A DNA stretch of 64,000 nt from a phage. A program made the translations under genes and the position numbers. The first letter of the stretch is position 1; each line of letters opens with the position of its first letter. Shown piece after piece: positions 10,408-22,900 of the stretch. The DNA lies in the sequence record PZ386951.1. One strand, given 5' to 3'. Below the pieces are notes generated by a model. That model was given only the letters and a program-made list of their open reading frames with translations, made no database searches and was not told the DNA's origin.

Positions 10408-12672
10408 TCATAATTTACAGGATGAACAATCTTCAGCTTTAGGAGTTTCTATTTCATAATCATCAGTACCAGAACCATCACGGGTATTATGATAATAGAA
10501 ATTTTTTCCGCCAAAATACCAGAAATACAAAAGGTCATCAATCATTATTGACATTGGAACCTTTCCTTTTGGAAAAATCTGCGGGTCATAATATGTATTC
10601 GCTGAAGCTGATTGACATACCCATTTCAGCATAATAGCTACCTGCGTAAGATAAGGTTTATTACCTTTCTTAGCTAATTTCCACGTATAATCATATAGGT
10701 CTATGTTATGTTCAATATTGGGCACGACTTGATTAAAGGAACCCTCTTTTGATTCTTTAACAGAGACTGGTCCACGTGGAGGCTCGATACCGTTTGTACT
10801 GTTAGAAACTTGGGAAGATGACTCACACGGCATAAGTGCTGATAATGTGCTATTACGGATGCCAAAGAGCTTAAGGTCTTCCCGCAGCGACGACCAGTCA
10901 CAAACGTATTTTGGAGCTGCGATTTGGTCAATCTTTTTATTGTACCAGTCGATAGGTAATTCGCCTCGAGACCAACGAGTGTCTGAATAATATTCGCAAG
11001 GTCCTTTTTCTTTGGCGAGTTTAATGGATGCTTTAATGAGTCCATACTGTAATCTCTCAAATAGTTCATGTGTTAAATCATTAGCATCTTCATAAGAAGC
11101 AAAGTTACTTGCCAGCCAAGCTGCATAGTTGGTAACACCTACACCGAGGTTACGACGCTTTTTAGCTTTTTCTGCTTCAGGAACTGGATATCCTTGGTAA
11201 TCCAATAGATTATCAAGAGCACGAACTTGAACTTCTGCCAATTCATTAATTTTATCTTGGTCTTGCCAATCGAAGCTATCCAACACAAATGCAGATAACG
11301 TACACAATCCAATTTCAGCATCAGGACTATTCACATCATTTGTTGGAATAGCAATTTCACAGCACAAGTTACTCTGACGGATAGGTGCCTTTTCACGAAT
11401 AAACGGAGTGTAGTTATTCGTATTATCAATGAACTGCACATAAATCCTTGCTGTTCCTGAGCGTTCAGTCATGAGCAATTCAAATAGTTCACGGGCTTTA
11501 ATACGCTTTTTACGAATATTAGGGTCTTTTTCTGCTGCTTCGTATAATTCACGGAAACGGTCTTGGTCTTTAAAATAAGAATAATAAAGCTCGCCACCCA
11601 TTTCATGGGGACTAAATAACGTAATGTAATCGTTCTTTCCGAATCGTTCCATCATCAAATCATTCAGTTGAACACCATAATCCATATGACGAATGCGGTT
11701 TTCTTCTACACCTTTGTTATTTTTCAAAACGAGAAGATTTTCAACTTCCAAATGCCAAATAGGATAATAAGCAGTAGCAGCGCCGCCACGAATTCCACCC
11801 TGTGAGCATGATTTAACTGCAGTCTGAAAATGTTTCCAAAAAGGAATAACACCAGTATGGCGTACTTCGCCCATGCCAATCTTAGAACCTTCGGCACGAA
11901 TCATACCAACGTTAATACCAATTCCAGCGCGTTTAGAGATATATTCAACAATTGAAGCGGAAGCCTTATTGATAGACTTTAATGAATCACCTGCCTCAAT
12001 AACAACGCATGAACTAAACTGCCGAGTTGGAGTACGGCAACCAGCCATAATAGGAGTTGGCAATGAAATCTGTCGAGTAGATACTGCTTCATAAAAACGA
12101 ATAACATGTTTTAATCTATCAACAGGTTCATCTTGATGCAATGCCATTCCAATAGTCATAAATGCAAACTGTGGAGTTTCATAAATTTGACCAGTGGTTT
12201 TATCTTTAACTAGATATTTTTCTTTTAATTGCATCGCCCCGGAATAAGTAAATTCCATATCCCGCTCGTGCTTAATTTTTGATTCTAAAAATGTAATTTC
12301 TTCTGCTGAATATTTTGACAATAATTCAGGGTCATATTTACCTTCATTTACACAGTAAGAAATATGGTCAATAAATGAACGCGGTTCATACTGCCCATAA
12401 ACATGCTTACGAAGAGCAAACATTAAACAGCGTGCAGCTACATATTGATAATCAGGTTCTTCAACCGAAATAGAATTCGCAGCGGCCTTAATGACAATAG
12501 TCTGAATATCATCAGTTGTCATTCCATCACGGAGATAAGATTTAATATTTTCATATAATTCATAAGGATCTACTGATGTTCCCTCAGCTGCCCAAGATAA
12601 AACTTTAATAATTTTTTGTGGGTCAAAGCTCTGAGAAACACCACTACTTTTGATAACATTAATTAATTGCAT
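10408..12672 (-). CDS. nrdA: ribonucleotide reductase large subunit (754 aa)
   Basis: class I RNR alpha; 754 aa as T4 NrdA; active-site region NLCCEI; C-terminal CSSCKL tail. Confidence 0.95.
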   Translation of the reverse strand: MQLINVIKSSGVSQSFDPQKIIKVLSWAAEGTSVDPYELYENIKSYLRDGMTTDDIQTIVIKAAANSISVEEPDYQYVAARCLMFALRKHVYGQYEPRSFIDHISYCVNEGKYDPELLSKYSAEEITFLESKIKHERDMEFTYSGAMQLKEKYLVKDKTTGQIYETPQFAFMTIGMALHQDEPVDRLKHVIRFYEAVSTRQISLPTPIMAGCRTPTRQFSSCVVIEAGDSLKSINKASASIVEYISKRAGIGINVGMIRAEGSKIGMGEVRHTGVIPFWKHFQTAVKSCSQGGIRGGAATAYYPIWHLEVENLLVLKNNKGVEENRIRHMDYGVQLNDLMMERFGKNDYITLFSPHEMGGELYYSYFKDQDRFRELYEAAEKDPNIRKKRIKARELFELLMTERSGTARIYVQFIDNTNNYTPFIREKAPIRQSNLCCEIAIPTNDVNSPDAEIGLCTLSAFVLDSFDWQDQDKINELAEVQVRALDNLLDYQGYPVPEAEKAKKRRNLGVGVTNYAAWLASNFASYEDANDLTHELFERLQYGLIKASIKLAKEKGPCEYYSDTRWSRGELPIDWYNKKIDQIAAPKYVCDWSSLREDLKLFGIRNSTLSALMPCESSSQVSNSTNGIEPPRGPVSVKESKEGSFNQVVPNIEHNIDLYDYTWKLAKKGNKPYLTQVAIMLKWVCQSASANTYYDPQIFPKGKVPMSIMIDDLLYFWYFGGKNFYYHNTRDGSGTDDYEIETPKAEDCSSCKL

Positions 12673-12989
12673 AAGTCCTCAACTTGAAAATCGTCTTTAA
12701 ACAATCGGTTAACTATATGAGCTATTATATCACCATGACACGGCTTTGGTTTACATGTGCATCCTAGCCTCATTCCACGTAAAGGCTCTAAATGTGCTTT
12801 AGTTATTTCTCCGGATTTAATTCGACGTATAAAATCTTTTTTGAATAATTCAATGGCAGCCTCCCGGCTGCCAGCATCTTTACCGACGTAATTTCCCCAA
12901 AATGTACCGCGGTGAATATTAACATCAAAGTCGGATTTATATTTATTCACTACCCGGCATAAACGGCCCGCGCGGTTGTAGGTGTTCAT
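12663..12989 (-). CDS. hypothetical Cys/His-motif protein (108 aa)
   Basis: [12 protein letters not shown] motif; overlaps nrdA start. Confidence 0.5.
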   Translation of the reverse strand: MNTYNRAGRLCRVVNKYKSDFDVNIHRGTFWGNYVGKDAGSREAAIELFKKDFIRRIKSGEITKAHLEPLRGMRLGCTCKPKPCHGDIIAHIVNRLFKDDFQVEDLCN

Positions 12990-13206
12990 ATTGTTCTTCC
13001 GTTAAAACAGTAATATCGTAGTAACAGTCAGAAGAAGTTTTAACTGTGGAAATTTTATTGTCAAAATACTCACGAGTCATTTTATAAGTATAATATTTTT
13101 TACCATAAATGGTAATAGGCTGTTCTGGTCCTGGAACTTCTAACTCGCTTGGGTTAGGAAGTGTAAAAAGAACAACGCCAGAAGTATCTTTAAATCGTAA
13201 AATCAT
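12943..13206 (-). CDS. hypothetical protein (87 aa)
   Basis: ORF between td and nrdA. Confidence 0.45.
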   Translation of the reverse strand: MILRFKDTSGVVLFTLPNPSELEVPGPEQPITIYGKKYYTYKMTREYFDNKISTVKTSSDCYYDITVLTEEQYEHLQPRGPFMPGSE

Positions 13207-14063
13207 ATTGCCATTTTCCCTTTAATTGCTGAATGCGATTCATAATTTTCAAGGATAAAATCTTTCGGTTTCATGTATTCAGTTAACCAGTAAAGCTGTG
13301 TTTCGGTGTCACAATTTCCAAACTCTATAGGCCAATCAATTTTAAGTTCACATAGTTCTTTAGGCTCACGACGTAAAATTTCTTTACATTGCTCAGTATG
13401 ATTCATATAGATGTGAGTATTACCACCAGAAAATATCAAATCTCCTGGGATAAGATTACACATCTTAGCCACAATATGTGTCAAGGCAGCGTACGAGGCA
13501 ATGTTGAATGGCAATCCCAAGAAAACATCTACACTTCTTTGGTACCATTGTAAATCAAGATAACCATTACGCACATTAAACTGATAGAACATATGACAGG
13601 GCGGTAATGCCATTTGATTGATTTCAGCTGGATTCCATGCTGAAACGATTTGACGTCGATCAGTTGGTAATTTTTTAATACGATCAATAGTTTCAACTAA
13701 TTGATCCACACCACCGAAATCACGCCATTGTTTACCGTATATAGGACCAAGTTCACCGCTATGATATCCTAGGTCTTTAGCCTGGTTTTCATAGTTATCG
13801 TCCCAAATAGTTTTACCTTGAATAAGACTACCATGAGTGCGAAGACGTAAATCATTAACATTGGTAGAACCGGAAATAAACCATAGAAGCTCAGCAATAC
13901 ATGCGTTCCAGGCGAGCTTTTTAGTTGTTACTGCAGGAAAGCCTTTAGTTAAATCCCAACGCAATTTAGTACCGAACAAAGCGATTGTTCCTGTGCCTGT
14001 ACGATCATCGGTTTCATAACCATTTTCAAAAATGTCTTTAATTAAATCTTGGTATTGTTTCAT
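13203..14063 (-). CDS. td: thymidylate synthase (286 aa, uninterrupted)
   Basis: TS active-site PCH motif ([10 protein letters not shown]); 286 aa equals spliced T4 TS. Confidence 0.95.
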   Translation of the reverse strand: MKQYQDLIKDIFENGYETDDRTGTGTIALFGTKLRWDLTKGFPAVTTKKLAWNACIAELLWFISGSTNVNDLRLRTHGSLIQGKTIWDDNYENQAKDLGYHSGELGPIYGKQWRDFGGVDQLVETIDRIKKLPTDRRQIVSAWNPAEINQMALPPCHMFYQFNVRNGYLDLQWYQRSVDVFLGLPFNIASYAALTHIVAKMCNLIPGDLIFSGGNTHIYMNHTEQCKEILRREPKELCELKIDWPIEFGNCDTETQLYWLTEYMKPKDFILENYESHSAIKGKMAI

Positions 14064-14078
14064 TTAACACCTATATAA

Positions 14079-15271
<1,193 letters not shown>

Positions 15272-15287
<16 letters not shown>

Positions 15288-15631
15288 TGAAATGGACCAG
15301 AAGCAAATCCGCTATCTTTAATCATTTTAACTAAAGTTACCATTCCTCTGTTAACTGCTTGTGCGATTTCATCAAAAACTTCATCACTATCACCATAAAG
15401 ATCGCTAAAAAGTTCTAACACGTTCTTCTGAACTTTTAATTTACAGCCAACAAATTCGCCTACAGTAAATTCGTTTCCGCCAACTCCAGCGTAAAACGTA
15501 ATTACACCAGTTAATGGTCTTTCACTAGAACATAGGTCGTGTGATAAATTAATATAAGCCGTCCCGGGTGCAGTTTTAAGTTGGCAACGAATACTTACTC
15601 GAGCAATTCCAGCTACACGAATGTCAGACAT
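15272..15631 (-). CDS. hypothetical protein (119 aa)
   Basis: ORF in frd-32 interval. Confidence 0.5.
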
Positions 15632-15641
15632 ATTATTTTCC

Positions 15642-15884
15642 TCAAACAGACTTTTTCACAATTTTCCAATCAGCTTTAAACTGCTCGACGTCAGAATGGT
15701 AAATCCAGAATCCTGCGCTTTCTCCATCCTTATAAAGAGGGCATCCATCGCATTCATCTTCCCATCCCATATCACGTAAAAGATGTTCAGCTTTTTCAAC
15801 GAGCTCAGAATCTTTACCGATGATATTAAAATACCATTTACCTCTAACTTCTGAATCTTTGATGCTCTGGCGTTGTAATCTCAT
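15642..15884 (-). CDS. hypothetical protein (80 aa)
   Basis: ORF with early promoter at 15912-15943. Confidence 0.5.
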   Translation of the reverse strand: MRLQRQSIKDSEVRGKWYFNIIGKDSELVEKAEHLLRDMGWEDECDGCPLYKDGESAGFWIYHSDVEQFKADWKIVKKSV

Positions 15885-15911
15885 TTTATTCTCCTCAGTA
15901 GTTGATAGAGT

Positions 15912-15943
15912 AATAGTATCACACTACTACCCTGTTGTAAACT
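15912..15943 (-). promoter_or_regulatory. early promoter
   Basis: GTTTACA -35; conserved start-region motif CAACTAC. Confidence 0.55.
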
Positions 15944-16307
15944 ACTTTTTGAAAGTTTTTCGCAAAAGTTCAATGATTTCATCTACATTGTTTTCGTCAA
16001 CAATGCAGTGAATTTTTGTTACGCCAGAAACCTCGTCTTCGATTTCATCTTCTTCAGAAGTCTGTTCTTTATACTCACGAAAACAATGAAATTCATCTTC
16101 ACAAATGTTAAAGTAAAAATGTTTTCCATTTGCGCATTCAATGTGTTTTATTGCTCTAAATCCATCAACAAAGAAAGCTTCTTTAACTTCAAACCATCCG
16201 CCATTTTCTTGAATAATTTTAACTATTGCTGAATTAGAACGTGGGCGATAATTAATAAATGTATCAATAAGTCTTGGAACAAGTTCATACTTTTTACCGG
16301 TATACAT
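15942..16307 (-). CDS. hypothetical protein (121 aa)
   Basis: ORF in frd-32 interval. Confidence 0.5.
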   Translation of the reverse strand: MYTGKKYELVPRLIDTFINYRPRSNSAIVKIIQENGGWFEVKEAFFVDGFRAIKHIECANGKHFYFNICEDEFHCFREYKEQTSEEDEIEDEVSGVTKIHCIVDENNVDEIIELLRKTFKK

Positions 16308-16351
16308 TGCGTTTTCCTCATTTTAATAGGGGCTTGATAGCCCCTTGATAA

Positions 16352-16579
16352 TTATTGTTCAATCAGTCCCATGTAAAATTCTGCGTCTTCGGCATCCATG
16401 CCATCACAATATTCATTAGCCATAAAGCGGGTGAGGTCTTCAAGAGGACCTTCAATAACGATTTGAATACTCCAAAACTTAGAATCTTGCACGCTTGTGA
16501 TACTAAGTTCAGGATAACGATTACGAATAATCTCTTCAATATATTCAAAATCAATGATGTCAATATCAACTTTAGCCAT
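16352..16579 (-). CDS. hypothetical acidic protein (75 aa)
   Basis: ORF with early promoter at 16621-16654. Confidence 0.5.
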   Translation of the reverse strand: MAKVDIDIIDFEYIEEIIRNRYPELSITSVQDSKFWSIQIVIEGPLEDLTRFMANEYCDGMDAEDAEFYMGLIEQ

Positions 16580-16620
16580 ATTATTTTTCCCCTTTAATTA
16601 TCAGCAGTATTGCCGATAGT

Positions 16621-16654
16621 TGTATAATACCATGGAACGACAAGGATGTAAACA
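16621..16654 (-). promoter_or_regulatory. early promoter
   Basis: GTTTACA -35, TGG-TATTATAC -10. Confidence 0.6.
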
Positions 16655-16671
16655 GTTTTGTGAAAAAATTT

Positions 16672-16703
16672 TTAAAATAAAAAAGGGGACCTCTAGGGTC
16701 CCC
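16672..16703 (-). terminator. rho-independent terminator downstream of gene 32
   Basis: 7-bp GC-rich stem + U-run on minus strand. Confidence 0.7.
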
Positions 16704-16725
16704 GATTAATTAGTAATATAATCTA

Positions 16726-17634
16726 TTAAAGGTCATTCAAAAGGTCATCCAGGTCCGTGTCATCAGCACTAGATGAACTGCCAGAGCTTGAGCTCATAAA
16801 ATCATCTTCAGTTTTTGTTTTGAAGTCATCAACATTGAATGCATCCAAATCATCAGCAACTTTATCAGCTTTCTTAGCGGCAGTTGCTGCGGCACCACCC
16901 ATAGCAGCAGTTCCCATAACTTGACTGAACTTAGTGCTCAGTTCTTCAAACGATTTGAATTTATCTTTAGAAGTCATTTCAGAAAGGTCAACCATTTGTT
17001 CGAACAGTTCTTTCTGGAAAGATTCATCGTCAATGTTTGGAATCGCAGATTGATTCAGGAATTTAGATTCGTCGTAGTTACTAAAACCAGAAACTTGTTT
17101 AACTTTCAGTACAAAGTTAGCACCTTCCCACGGACAAGTTACATCAACTGGAGTTTCACCCATTTCAACATCAACTGCAATCATTGCATTGATTTTATCC
17201 CAGATTTTCTTACCGAAACGGTATTTAAATACTTTGCCTTCATTTTCTGGAGCAGCTGGGTCTTTTACTACAAGAATGTTAGCCCAGTAAGAAGTTTTAC
17301 GTTTAACAAGACCGTACTCTTTATTGTCAGTGTTGTACAAATCATTTTTACTGATGTACTGACATACTGGGCAAGAATCGTAATCACCGTGGGTAGATGA
17401 ACAGTTTTCAATATACCATTTACCATTTTTCTTGAAACCGTGATTTACAAGAATTGCAAATGGTGCTTGTTCATCATTTTTAGACGGAAGAAAACGAATT
17501 ACTGCTTGACCGTTACCCGCATTGTCGAGTTTCAGTTTCCACTCGCCTTTGTCTTCAGAAGAAAAACCACCTTTATTTCCAGCCAGTTTAGCCATTTGCG
17601 CAGCGAGTTCAGCAGTAGATTTACGTTTAAACAT
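16726..17634 (-). CDS. 32: single-stranded DNA-binding protein gp32 (302 aa)
   Basis: N-terminus [17 protein letters not shown]; zinc-binding H/C cluster; acidic Ser/Asp-rich C-terminus. Confidence 0.95.
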   Translation of the reverse strand: MFKRKSTAELAAQMAKLAGNKGGFSSEDKGEWKLKLDNAGNGQAVIRFLPSKNDEQAPFAILVNHGFKKNGKWYIENCSSTHGDYDSCPVCQYISKNDLYNTDNKEYGLVKRKTSYWANILVVKDPAAPENEGKVFKYRFGKKIWDKINAMIAVDVEMGETPVDVTCPWEGANFVLKVKQVSGFSNYDESKFLNQSAIPNIDDESFQKELFEQMVDLSEMTSKDKFKSFEELSTKFSQVMGTAAMGGAAATAAKKADKVADDLDAFNVDDFKTKTEDDFMSSSSGSSSSADDTDLDDLLNDL

Positions 17635-17725
17635 TTTTATTTCCTTTTTAATTTAATTAACAGTTGGTGCTATGACGATGTATGACCTCATAGCTGGTCA
17701 GTGAGATAATTATAATCTATTTATA
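17635..17725 (-). promoter_or_regulatory. gene 32 leader: A/U-rich translational operator region plus late promoter
   Basis: leader UUAAAUUAAAAAGGAAAUAAAAAUG; TATAAATA on minus strand at 17718-17725. Confidence 0.45.
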
Positions 17726-17733
17726 ATAAGCAA

Positions 17734-18387
17734 TTAATACTTGCAAGATTTCACAGTTTCAATAAAAACTTTTTTAGCTTCCTGTGAATCGATATTTAAA
17801 ATTTTTCTATAAGCCTTTAACTTTATAGAATAATTATTCCAGACTAAATTATCAGTCTGTTCATCATGTTTATCAATTATATTTAAAAACGAATCAAGCA
17901 AGATAAACGTCTCAAACGAAATTATATTCGATTGAAGTAGTTTAAAAATATAACTTGATTGAACTTTTGGATTATACTCAAAGATTTCTTTAAAAGCAGA
18001 AACTTCAACTTTTTTACTAAAATAATAAATGTTGCGAATATCTTCTTCAAACTTAAATTTAATTTGCTTTAAGCGTCCGATATATTCACGATAAAACACA
18101 AGTGCATCAGCGTCAGAGATGTCACCAATCCAAGCATCTTGGTTAGCAACCAAATTGCTTATAAAGATTAAAGCAAGTTCCTTTAATTTATATTTTTCTG
18201 ATAACTTCTGGAAAAAATACTTATCCCTTCGCTTTTGATAAGCGGCATCAGACACCCGCATGCACCAATTATACTTAATAACATCATACTTTCCATTCAT
18301 ATGTTGTTTTATCATTAAGTATAATTTATAAACTGATTTACCATCAATGTATCTTTCACCACCAGCAGGCATGCGGAGTTTAATCAT
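17734..18387 (-). CDS. 59: helicase loader gp59 (217 aa)
   Basis: 217 aa and position between 32 and 33 as in T4. Confidence 0.8.
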   Translation of the reverse strand: MIKLRMPAGGERYIDGKSVYKLYLMIKQHMNGKYDVIKYNWCMRVSDAAYQKRRDKYFFQKLSEKYKLKELALIFISNLVANQDAWIGDISDADALVFYREYIGRLKQIKFKFEEDIRNIYYFSKKVEVSAFKEIFEYNPKVQSSYIFKLLQSNIISFETFILLDSFLNIIDKHDEQTDNLVWNNYSIKLKAYRKILNIDSQEAKKVFIETVKSCKY

Positions 18388-18731
18388 AGTAGAAAATCTA
18401 ACGTATTCGTTTTTTCACATCTAACAACAGAAGGACGTAAAAGATTTTCGTCAATAGCTTCTGACTGAATTTTTTCAATTATACCCGAAGGAATAAATTT
18501 AGCAAATTGAGTTTCAGGAATAGAGTTTTCTTCCAAGAATGCTGTCGTAGCTTCAAGATAACTCATTCCAAACTCTTCTACCATTTTTTCAATAATAAAT
18601 CCATTTTCTTGACGATCAAGAAGCTTTGCAATTTCATCCTTTTCTTTCTTAATTGAAAGTTCTTTTTCTGAAAGACCGGTCTCATCGACCGGACGAATAT
18701 CATTTAGAGAAAACTGTGTCATAAAGTTCAA
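18384..18731 (-). CDS. 33: late-transcription co-activator gp33 (112 aa from MTQF)
   Basis: size and position; N-terminus MTQFSLNDIRPVDETG. Confidence 0.75.
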   Translation of the reverse strand: MNFMTQFSLNDIRPVDETGLSEKELSIKKEKDEIAKLLDRQENGFIIEKMVEEFGMSYLEATTAFLEENSIPETQFAKFIPSGIIEKIQSEAIDENLLRPSVVRCEKTNTLDFLL

Positions 18732-18969
18732 CTACCTCTTCAGTTTCAGCTTCAAACACATCACGGTTATCTTTATGATACAAAGCTAATAGACGATTAA
18801 ACATCTTACCATCAACACCGAGTTCATCTTTAGCACGAATTCGAATATCTTTAATCAGTTCATTATAACCGGAAATTTTCAGTTTATGATCAGATGCTTC
18901 TTTAATAAATTTAGCCAAGTCTTCGCCATGGATAGCTTCATCAAATTCAACCATTTCTTTTTTAGCCAT
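18700..18969 (-). CDS. dsbA: dsDNA-binding protein DsbA (89 aa)
   Basis: 89 aa, position between rnh and 33. Confidence 0.7.
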   Translation of the reverse strand: MAKKEMVEFDEAIHGEDLAKFIKEASDHKLKISGYNELIKDIRIRAKDELGVDGKMFNRLLALYHKDNRDVFEAETEEVVELYDTVFSK

Positions 18970-18977
18970 TATTCACC

Positions 18978-19910
18978 TCAAAATTCATTAATGCTATTAG
19001 TTAATTTAGAAAGACCCGCTTTTACAAAATATGAATAAATTTTGCCACGCGGTGGTAATTTATATGAATTATAGTAATTCACAATGTTTGAAGCAATATT
19101 ATCAGGAATATAATCAAAATCAATTAAAACTAAATTTTCTTTATAACGATTATATTCAGATTCTGTGAGAAGCACCTTAGCTTGCTCACGGTCATTAGCA
19201 ATAGCTTCAACGATTGAAGTTTTCATTGAAGGAGTTCGTTCACCTTCAACTCTGGTAAACCAAAAGTCAGACCGTACTTTAACTGAAGCAACGTTATCCT
19301 TTTTGTCGCCTTTAAGGATTTTAGTCATACAGTCAATTTCAGCAGAACCGCTTTTAATTTTAACCCATTTCTTATGCATCGGTGACCATTGCTTAACATT
19401 TGGGTATTTGTGAAGTTGAGTAAAGTCACCATCCGATGAAATGATTAAAATCTTGTGTCCTTCTAAAGAGAACTTTTTAACAAGAACAGCAATGTGGTCA
19501 TCTGCTTCATACTTATCAATATCCATAACAATGTATGGCATATAAGCTTTCAATTCATCTATAACTTTATGGCTGGATTCAAAATAACCTTCCCAGTCCC
19601 AAGTAGATTCTTCTCGTGCTTTTCCACGGTTTTTCTTGTAATAATACGCGAAATCACGACGCCAGTATCCAGATTTCGCGTTATCAATACACAGTACAAT
19701 TTTAGTGTATCCAAGCGTTTTTGCTTTTTTGACATTAAACTTAATTGAGTTCAATATCAAATGACGAACCATTGATAAATTAATTTTTTCTTTATCTGGG
19801 AAGTTTACCAGAGCAGTTGAAAGCGCAATTTGACTAAAGTCAATAAAGCAAATTCCTTCTTTGTAGTCTTCATCCAGCATCATTTCTAAATCCATATGAA
19901 CCTCGTTCAA
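18978..19910 (-). CDS. rnh: RNase H / FEN-family 5' nuclease (305 aa from MDLEMM at 19895)
   Basis: N-terminus and size match T4 RNase H; position adjacent to gene 34. Confidence 0.85.
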   Translation of the reverse strand: MNEVHMDLEMMLDEDYKEGICFIDFSQIALSTALVNFPDKEKINLSMVRHLILNSIKFNVKKAKTLGYTKIVLCIDNAKSGYWRRDFAYYYKKNRGKAREESTWDWEGYFESSHKVIDELKAYMPYIVMDIDKYEADDHIAVLVKKFSLEGHKILIISSDGDFTQLHKYPNVKQWSPMHKKWVKIKSGSAEIDCMTKILKGDKKDNVASVKVRSDFWFTRVEGERTPSMKTSIVEAIANDREQAKVLLTESEYNRYKENLVLIDFDYIPDNIASNIVNYYNSYKLPPRGKIYSYFVKAGLSKLTNSINEF

Positions 19911-19957
19911 TTAGTGAGATTTCTATTATATACCATCCAAATCTTAAAGTAAACAAG

Positions 19958-19965
19958 TATAAATA
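19958..19965 (+). promoter_or_regulatory. late promoter upstream of gene 34
   Basis: exact TATAAATA about 35 nt before ATG. Confidence 0.65.
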
Positions 19966-19999
19966 CTTATTATTGAAAACACAATAGGAGCCCGGGAGA

Positions 20000-22900
20000 A
20001 TGGCCGAGATTAAAAGAAAGTTCAGAGCAGAAGATGGTCTGGACGCAGGTGGTGATAAAATAATCAACGTAGCTTTAGCTGATCGTACCGTAGGAACTGA
20101 CGGTGTTAACGTTGATTACTTAATTCAAGAAAACACAGTTCAACAATACGATCCAACTCGTGGATATTTAAAAGATTTTGTAATCATTTATGATAACCGC
20201 TTTTGGGCTGCTATAAATGATATTCCAAAACCAGCAGGAGCTTTTAATAGCGGACGCTGGAGAGCATTACGTACCGATGCAAACTGGATTACGGTTTCAT
20301 CTGGTTCATATCAATTAAAATCTGGTGAAGCAATTTCAGTTAACACCGCAGCTGGAAATGACATCACGTTTACTTTACCATCTTCTCCAATTGATGGTGA
20401 TACTATCGTTCTCCAAGATATTGGAGGAAAACCTGGAGTTAACCAAGTTTTAATTGTAGCTCCAGTACAAAGTATTGTAAACTTCAGAGGTCAACAAGTA
20501 CGTTCAGTACTAATGACTCATCCAAAGTCACAGCTAGTTTTAATTTTTAGTAATCGTCTGTGGCAAATGTATGTAGCTGATTATAGTAGAGAAGCTGTAG
20601 TTGTAACACCAGCGAATACTTATCAAGCACAATCAAACGATTTTATCGTACGTAGATTTACTTCTGCTGCATCGATAAATATTAAGCTTCCAAGATTTGC
20701 TAATCATGGCGATATTATTAATTTCGTCGATTTAGATAAACTGAATCCACTTTATCATACAATTGTTACTACATACGATGAAACTACTTCAATACAAGAA
20801 GATGGAACTCATTCTATTGAAGGCCGTACATCGATTGACGGTTTCTTGATGTTTGATGATAATGAGAAATTGTGGAGATTGTTTGACGGGGACAGTAAAG
20901 CACGTTTACGTATTATAACAACTAATTCAAATATTCGTCCAAATGAAGAAGTCATGGTATTTGGAGCGAATAACGGAATAGCGCAAACAATTGAACTCCA
21001 GCTTCCAACTAATATTTCTGTTGGTGATACTGTTAAAATTTCCATGAATTACATGAGAAAAGGACAAACAGTTAAAATCAAAGCTGCCGGTGAAGATAAA
21101 ATTGCTTCTTCAGTTCAATTGCTACAATTCCCAAAACGTTCAGAATATCCACCTGAAGCTGAATGGGTGACTGTACAGGAATTAGTTTTTAACGGTGAAA
21201 CTAATTATGTTCCAGTTTTACAACTTGCTTATATAGAAGATTCTGACGGAAAATACTGGGTAGTACAGCAAAACGTTCCAACTGTAGAAAGAGTTGATTC
21301 TTTAAATGATTCTACTAGAGCAAGATTAGGCGTAATTGCTTTAGCTACACAAGCTCAAGCTAACGTCGATTTAGAAAATTCTCCACAAAAAGAATTAGCA
21401 ATTACTCCAGAAACGTTAGCTAATCGTACTGCTACTGAAACTCGCAGAGGTATTGCAAGAATAGCAACTACTGCTCAAGTGAATCAGAACACCACATTCT
21501 CTTTTGCTGATGATGTTATCATCACTCCTAAAAAGCTGAATGAAAGAACGGCTACTGAAACTCGCAGAGGTGTTGCTGAAATTGCTACGCAGCAAGAAAC
21601 TAATGCAGGTACTGATGATACTACAATCATTACTCCTAAAAAGCTTCAAGCTCGTCAAGGTTCTGAATCATTATCTGGTATTGTAACTTTTGTATCTACT
21701 GCAGGTGCTACTCCAGCTTCTAGCCGTGAATTAAATGGTACGAATGTTTATAATAAAAACACTAATAATTTAGTTGTTTCACCTAAAGCTTTGGATCAGT
21801 ATAAAGCTACTCCAACGCAGCAAGGTGCAGTAATTTTAGCAGTTGAAAGTGAAGTAATTGCTGGACAAAGTCAGCAAGGATGGGCAAATGCTGTTGTAAC
21901 GCCAGAAACGTTACATAAAAAGACATCAACTGATGGAAGAATTGGTTTAATTGAAATTGCTACGCAAAGTGAAGTTAATACAGGAACTGATTATACTCGT
22001 GCAGTCACTCCTAAAACTTTAAATGACCGTAAAGCAACTGAAAGTTTAAGTGGTATAGCTGAAATTGCTACACAAGTTGAATTCGACGCAGGCGTCGACG
22101 ATACTCGTATCTCTACACCATTAAAAATTAAAACTAGATTTAATAGTACTGATCGTACTTCTGTTGTTGCTCTATCTGGATTAGTTGAATCAGGAACTCT
22201 CTGGGACCATTATACCCTTAATATTCTTGAAGCAAATGAGACGCAACGTGGTACACTTCGTGTAGCTACACAGGTTGAAGCTGCTGCAGGAAAATTAGAT
22301 AATGTTTTAATAACTCCTAAAAAGCTTTTAGGTACTAAATCTACCGAATCGCAAGAGGGTGTTATTAAAGTTGCAACTCAATCTGAAGTTGTGGCTGGAA
22401 CGTCAGCGAATACTGCTGTATCTCCAAAAAATTTAAAATGGATTGTGCAGAGTGAACCTTCTTGGAGAGCAACTACTGCGGTAAGAGGGTTTGTTAAAAC
22501 TTCGTCTGGTTCAATTACATTCGTTGGTAATGATACAGTCGGTTCTACCCAAGATTTAGAACTTTATGAGAAAAATAATTATGCGGTATCACCATATGAA
22601 TTAAACCGTGTACTTGCTAATTATTTACCATTGAAAGCTAAAGCTGCTGATACAAATTTATTGGATGGTCTAGATTCATCTCAGTTCATTCGTAGGGATA
22701 TTGCGCAGACGGTTAATGGTTCACTAACCTTAACCCAACAAACGAATCTGAGTGCCCCTCTTGTATCATCTAGTACTGCTACGTTCAGTGGTTCAGTTTC
22801 GGTAAATACATTAACTATTTCTAAAACTGGAACAGCAGCTCGTCTGATTTTTGAGAAAGGACCTCAAACTGAAACTAACCCAGCGCAGACGGTGACTATC

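Noticed and set aside
10701-11321. Minus-strand ORFs of 122 and 60 aa
   Set aside because: Alternative frames nested inside nrdA
16921-17400. 159-aa plus-strand ORF
   Set aside because: Antisense to gene 32, which is clearly the real gene
20809-21658. Minus-strand ORFs of 78-80 aa
   Set aside because: Antisense within gene 34; no promoter or SD
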